A stretch of 12,308 nt of DNA from Candidatus Krumholzibacteriota bacterium (GTDB lineage: Bacteria; Krumholzibacteriota; Krumholzibacteriia; LZORAL124-64-63). Made by a program: the position numbers and the translations under genes. Where the stretch lies: NCBI GenBank assembly GCA_039714075.1, contig JBDLKA010000098.1, positions 1 through 12,308 on the forward strand, given 5' to 3'. Under the pieces are notes generated by a model. It worked only from the letters and a program-made list of their open reading frames with translations, made no database searches and was not told the origin of the DNA. Of the stretch, positions 9,476-12,308 are shown piece after piece. How positions within the stretch are numbered: the stretch's first letter is position 1; the number at the start of each line of letters is the position of its first letter.

Positions 9476-9534
9476 CATGGCCTGCTTTTTTCGTCGCTAT
9501 AACCGCGTGGAATCAAACGATGTGCGAGGGCGGG
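9476..9534 (+). repeat. 59-bp direct repeat, copy B
   Basis: Partner of 8454-8512 at offset 1022 bp. Retains a weaker CGGGC-tgacatg-GCCTG hairpin plus T6. Confidence 0.9.
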
Positions 9535-9643
9535 TCGTTTGGTGGTTGAAATTCTTTAATTCTATTCCTTAACAACCACCCTCTAAACGACCTCGGATTC
9601 GGGCTCTGTAGTCTGCAATTTTCTGTTTTTTGGGGGCTAACCC

Positions 9644-9828
9644 TTAACCCGGATTATTCATGAAGGAGCTACTGTGGATGGTTAACAGCATGCCACCAAA
9701 AGCCTTCTCGAATCTGCTCGATCGACGTACCGTAGGGGTACGCCTCACTCGCAGATCCTTCCGAGGTCTTTTGGTGGCATGCTGCTTCCATATCCTCGCT
9801 ACGCTCCTTCATGAATAATCTGGGTTAA
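9644..9828. mobile_element. MITE-like non-coding nested palindrome (185 bp)
   Basis: Terminal IRs 9644-9669 / 9803-9828 (25/26, TTAA at both ends), inner perfect 17-bp IR 9686-9702 / 9768-9784, ATCTGC/GCAGAT, and apical CGTACC-gtagg-GGTACG. The structure is directly visible; mobility is inferred. Confidence 0.65.
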
Positions 9829-9863
9829 CACAGCCCAAACGAAGAATTTAATTAATCCAATTG

Positions 9864-9872
9864 TGCTATACT
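9864..9872 (+). promoter_or_regulatory. Extended -10 promoter candidate for the LVIVD gene
   Basis: TG-c-TATACT with an AT-rich tract upstream (9845-9862); no clear -35. Confidence 0.5.
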
Positions 9873-10002
9873 CGGGCTGGCGTAACCGCGGCGATACCAA
9901 TACGGGCGGAATATTTGGGAGGGACAGGGCAGAAAACCAGGACTCGAGGAATGGTGATTTTTAGGTAACTAGTTACGCCCAAATAATATTTGGAGGAAAA
10001 TA

Positions 10003-12222
10003 ATGAGGCAGCCAGGAGATTCATTTTTAACAGTATTGATGAAAATGTCATGGACCGCGCCAACTAGATTAATCCTTAGCATTTTTGTGATCTGGGTAAT
10101 TGGGCATTCTGGCCAGGCAATGTCTCAATGCATCGAATACCAGGATTATCTCCACTTGGAAGGTAGTGTGTATACGGCGGACCGGGCCGTGGATGTCGCT
10201 GTTGAGGGCAATCGGGCCTATGTTGCCGACGATTTCTCCGGTCTTCAGGTCATTGACATCAGCAATCCTGAAAACCTTCAGATCATTGGCAGCGTAGGTA
10301 CCCCGGGTCGAGCATTTGGTGTTGCCGTAGTGGGCAACCTGGCCTATGTCGCGGATTTTGAAAATGGTCTTCAGATCATCGACATCGGCGATCCGAACAA
10401 CCCTCAAATCATCGGCGGCGTGGATACACCCGACAAGGCATTGTCGGTTGCCATTGAAGGCAATCTGGCTTATGTCGCGGACAATGGTTCCGGTCTTCAT
10501 ATCATCGACATCAGCAACCCTGCAAGTCCTCAGATCCTGGGTAGTGCGGATACGCCGGGCTTTGCTGATGATGTCGCCGTTGCAGGTGGATTTGCTTATA
10601 TCGCCGACCAATATTCAGGTCTTCAGGTCATCGACATCAGTAATCCCGCAAGCCCACAGATCATCGGCAACGTGCTTACCCCGAGCGGTGCGTCGGGTGT
10701 TGCCATTGTGGACCACCGGGCCTATGTCGCTGATTATTCCGAGGGTCTTCAGATTATCGACATCAGCAATCCCGCAAGTCCACAGATCATCGGCAGCGCG
10801 ACCTCGCAAAGTCAGGCAAAAGACGTCGCGGTTGTCGGTAACCTGGCCTATGTGGCAAACGGATACATGGGTTTGACGGTCATCGACATCAGCAGTTCTG
10901 AAAGCCCTCAGATCCTCGGCACCGTGTTTTTGCCCGATAGTGCAACTGGAGTGGCCATTGAGGGCAATCTGGCCTATGCGTCAGACAGTCATTCGGGTCT
11001 TCAGGTCATCGATATCAGCCATCCCAAGGTCCCTCAGATCATTGGCAACGCGAATACTCCGGGTGAGGCCAGAGGCGTGGCCATTTCGGGTAATCTGGCA
11101 CTTGTCGCCGATGATGGGTTTGGGCTCCAGGTCATTGACATCAGTAATATTGAAGATCCTCAGATCATCGGGAGCGTGGATACACCGGGTACTGCATTGG
11201 ATGTCGCCGTTGAAGGCAATCTGGCCTTTGTCGCCGATTTCGAATGGTGCCTGCAGGTCATCGACATCAGCCAGCCTGAAAGTCCTCAAATCATCGGCAG
11301 TTTGTTTACGGCGGGACAAGCTAGGGATGTTTTCATCAAAGGCGACCGGGCCTATGTTGCCGATAGTCTTTCTGGTCTTCAGATAATCGACATCAGTGTT
11401 CCCGAAAACCCACAAATCATCGGCAATATCATAACGACCACCTATGCCCAAGCGGTCGCCGTTGAAGGTAGCCTGGCCTATGTAATGGATTGGAACAGGG
11501 GCCTTCAGGTCATCGACATCAGCAATCCGGCAAGCCCTCAGATCATCGGTAGCGTTGATACGCCGGGTTACCCTGAGGATATTGCCATAGTGGATAATCT
11601 GGCCTGTGTCGCGGACGGTGCTCGTGGTTTCAAGGTCATCGACGTCAGTAATTCGGCAAGTCCCCAAATCGTCGGTAGCCTGGAAATTCCCGGCTATGCC
11701 TTGAGTGTCGCCATTGTCGGCAACCTAGTCTATGTCGCCGACCAGAGTTCAGGGCTTCAGGTCATCGACATAAGTAATCCTGCAAGCCCAAGTGTCGTCG
11801 GGAGCGTTGATACGCAAAGCAGTGCACGATGTGCCGCAGTGTCCGGCCAACATGCCTTTGTCGCGGAATTGTGGAATGGACTTTCGGTTTATCCGGCAAA
11901 TTGCCCCAGTCCCGATCCTTCTTATACCCCAACTCCAATCCCCGGCTTTGCCCTACATGCCGCCACTCCCAATCCCTTCAATCCCAGCACGGCGATCAGC
12001 TTCGAGATACCGACTGCAGAGCATATTCAATTAAAGGTGTTCGATATTTCGGGTCGCCTGGTCCGGACCCTGATTGCGGGGGAGGTCCGCGATGCCGGCA
12101 TTCACCGCTGCACCTGGAAGGGCCGTGACGACGCCGGACGCACCGTGGCCGCGGGGGTGTACTTCTACCGGCTGGTAGCTGGGGTGTTCAGCGAGACTAA
12201 TCGTATGACTTTAGTGAAGTGA
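10003..12222 (+). CDS. Secreted LVIVD-repeat beta-propeller protein with C-terminal FlgD-Ig/T9SS-sorting-like domain
   Basis: 739 aa; GGAGG at 9992-9996. Hydrophobic leader ending ...GQAMS-QC. Fourteen repeats of 42-aa period (consensus IGSVDTPGxAxxVAVxGNLAYVADxxxGLQVIDISNPxSPQI). Tail PNPFNPSTAISF...VFDISGRLVRTL...WKGRDDAGRTVAAGVYFYRL. Alternative ATGs at 10039 and 10045. Confidence 0.9.
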   Translation: MRQPGDSFLTVLMKMSWTAPTRLILSIFVIWVIGHSGQAMSQCIEYQDYLHLEGSVYTADRAVDVAVEGNRAYVADDFSGLQVIDISNPENLQIIGSVGTPGRAFGVAVVGNLAYVADFENGLQIIDIGDPNNPQIIGGVDTPDKALSVAIEGNLAYVADNGSGLHIIDISNPASPQILGSADTPGFADDVAVAGGFAYIADQYSGLQVIDISNPASPQIIGNVLTPSGASGVAIVDHRAYVADYSEGLQIIDISNPASPQIIGSATSQSQAKDVAVVGNLAYVANGYMGLTVIDISSSESPQILGTVFLPDSATGVAIEGNLAYASDSHSGLQVIDISHPKVPQIIGNANTPGEARGVAISGNLALVADDGFGLQVIDISNIEDPQIIGSVDTPGTALDVAVEGNLAFVADFEWCLQVIDISQPESPQIIGSLFTAGQARDVFIKGDRAYVADSLSGLQIIDISVPENPQIIGNIITTTYAQAVAVEGSLAYVMDWNRGLQVIDISNPASPQIIGSVDTPGYPEDIAIVDNLACVADGARGFKVIDVSNSASPQIVGSLEIPGYALSVAIVGNLVYVADQSSGLQVIDISNPASPSVVGSVDTQSSARCAAVSGQHAFVAELWNGLSVYPANCPSPDPSYTPTPIPGFALHAATPNPFNPSTAISFEIPTAEHIQLKVFDISGRLVRTLIAGEVRDAGIHRCTWKGRDDAGRTVAAGVYFYRLVAGVFSETNRMTLVK
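10159..11904 (+). repeat. Coding tandem repeat, 126-bp period, 13 full units plus one partial
   Basis: Units start at 10159 + 126n through 11797 with no indel; the ATCGACATCAG/ATTGACATCAG-type core recurs. Confidence 0.95.
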
Positions 12223-12230
12223 TTTTCAAT

Positions 12231-12266
12231 TGGGGCTAGTCGGGCGCATGGAGTATGCCAGCCCCA
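12231..12266 (+). terminator. Possible terminator hairpin after the LVIVD gene
   Basis: TGGGGCT (12231-12237) / AGCCCCA (12260-12266) with inner GCATG-gag-TATGC; only a weak pyrimidine tail. Confidence 0.3.
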
Positions 12267-12308
12267 TTCTCTCAGAAAAAAGTTCCCTTCCCCGTCCCGC
12301 CCGCCGAG

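Noticed and set aside
8544..9830. Integron attC array (several GTTAAC plus hairpins)
   Set aside because: No matched RYYYAAC...GTTRRRY boxes bounding the hairpins, the 185-bp element is longer than typical attC sites, and there is no intI in the window. IntegronFinder on the contig would settle it.
9921..9962. c-di-GMP-I riboswitch (ACAGGGCA...AACCA...TGGTGA)
   Set aside because: Lacks the GGCAAAC junction, the GNRA loop and the downstream GACGCAAA/P3 stem.
10159..11904. CRISPR array or diversity-generating retroelement
   Set aside because: The repeats are in-frame coding units with synonymous variation; there is no repeat-spacer structure, cas gene, reverse transcriptase or evident adenine-specific TR/VR pair.
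10069..12128. Antisense and alternative-frame ORFs inside the LVIVD gene
   Set aside because: By-products of the 126-bp coding repeat.

Overview
Bacterial DNA in two parts. (1) 1-8235 is high-GC and mostly housekeeping. It holds the 3' tip of an LVIVD-like beta-propeller gene, a minus-strand run (NupC-family nucleoside transporter, DUF418 membrane protein, hotdog thioesterase, TrmH/SpoU methyltransferase, dGTPase) and a divergent plus-strand run udk-hpt-guaB, together a nucleoside uptake/salvage cluster. (2) From ~8235 to the end is lower-GC, accessory-looking DNA rich in non-coding structure: a ~160-bp fold-back overlapping the guaB stop, a degenerate tRNA-Asn-like 3' half, two ungapped 59-bp direct repeats bracketing an orphan lipoprotein with a possible pilin-like head, and a 185-bp nested-palindrome MITE-like element with TTAA ends. 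It ends with a secreted 14-repeat LVIVD protein carrying a C-terminal FlgD-Ig/T9SS-sorting-like domain. That domain suggests an FCB-group lineage such as Krumholzibacteriota/Latescibacterota (inference only). No integrase, transposase, reverse transcriptase or Cas gene is visible, so any mobility or cassette model is a hypothesis. All alignments and counts were done by hand.
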